DNA of 64,000 nt. It comes from a virus. The translations under genes were made by a program, and so were the position numbers. This document shows positions 63,937 through 64,000 of the stretch, piece by piece (position 1 is the stretch's first letter; the number at the start of each line of letters is the position of its first letter). The DNA lies in IMG/VR virus record IMGVR_UViG_3300012271_000010, positions 8,111 to 72,110 of that record, one strand, 5' to 3'. The notes under the pieces were generated by a model, which was not told where the DNA came from, ran no database searches, and saw nothing but the letters and a program-made list of their open reading frames with translations.

Positions 63937-64000
63937 TGTCAGATAACGAAAAGAAAATTGTAAAAAGAGACCCAAAGGGTTTTTTAGATAAAACTTTATC
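63936..64000 (+). CDS. partial ORF truncated by the window end
   Basis: TAATG coupling; MSDNEKKIVKRDPKGFLDKTL... Confidence 0.45.
   Translation, partial: MSDNEKKIVKRDPKGFLDKTL

Noticed and set aside
1-64000. TAG stop-codon reassignment, suggested by short ORFs ending in TAG at 3216 and 6995
   Set aside because: Long genes are uninterrupted in the standard code, several end in TAG at natural boundaries (2473, 13093, 37198, 40930, 63698), and no CTA-anticodon tRNA was found

Overview
This AT-rich window looks like part of a large (jumbo/huge) tailed dsDNA bacteriophage genome with a contractile-tail-type baseplate. Almost all genes are on the + strand. (1) 1-9.5 kb: accessory/early region with sigma70-type promoters, about ten tRNA or tRNA-like genes (several structurally aberrant), unexplained structured RNAs, small SH3/KOW-like ORFs, HExxH proteins, a zinc-finger/TnsA-like nuclease/dCMP-deaminase fusion, a metallophosphoesterase, Bfd, a DenV-like glycosylase and two predicted lipoproteins. 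(2) 9.5-13 kb: PIN-PhoH and a Cas4-like exonuclease. (3) 13.1-22.4 kb: glycan cluster of four glycosyltransferase genes, two methyltransferases, an NDP-sugar dehydratase, a DegT aminotransferase and an NDP-sugar dehydrogenase. (4) 22.4-59 kb: a sigma-like factor, then baseplate/virion genes (gp5-like with M15 peptidase, spike, gp25, gp6-like, FG-GAP and LamG proteins). A subset of these is strikingly rich in [ST]-[GSA]-[ST] tripeptides. (5) 59-64 kb: RuvC, primase and a single-chain SbcD-SbcC. Best candidates for undescribed biology: a phage-encoded virion glycosylation system (amino-sugar pathway plus a possible sequon), and a non-canonical tRNA/ncRNA toolkit (273-nt RNA in a tRNA frame, topologically rearranged tRNA-Tyr, Lys-rich leader switch before tRNA-Lys genes). 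All calls come from reading motifs and base-pairing by eye; no searches or folding programs were run.
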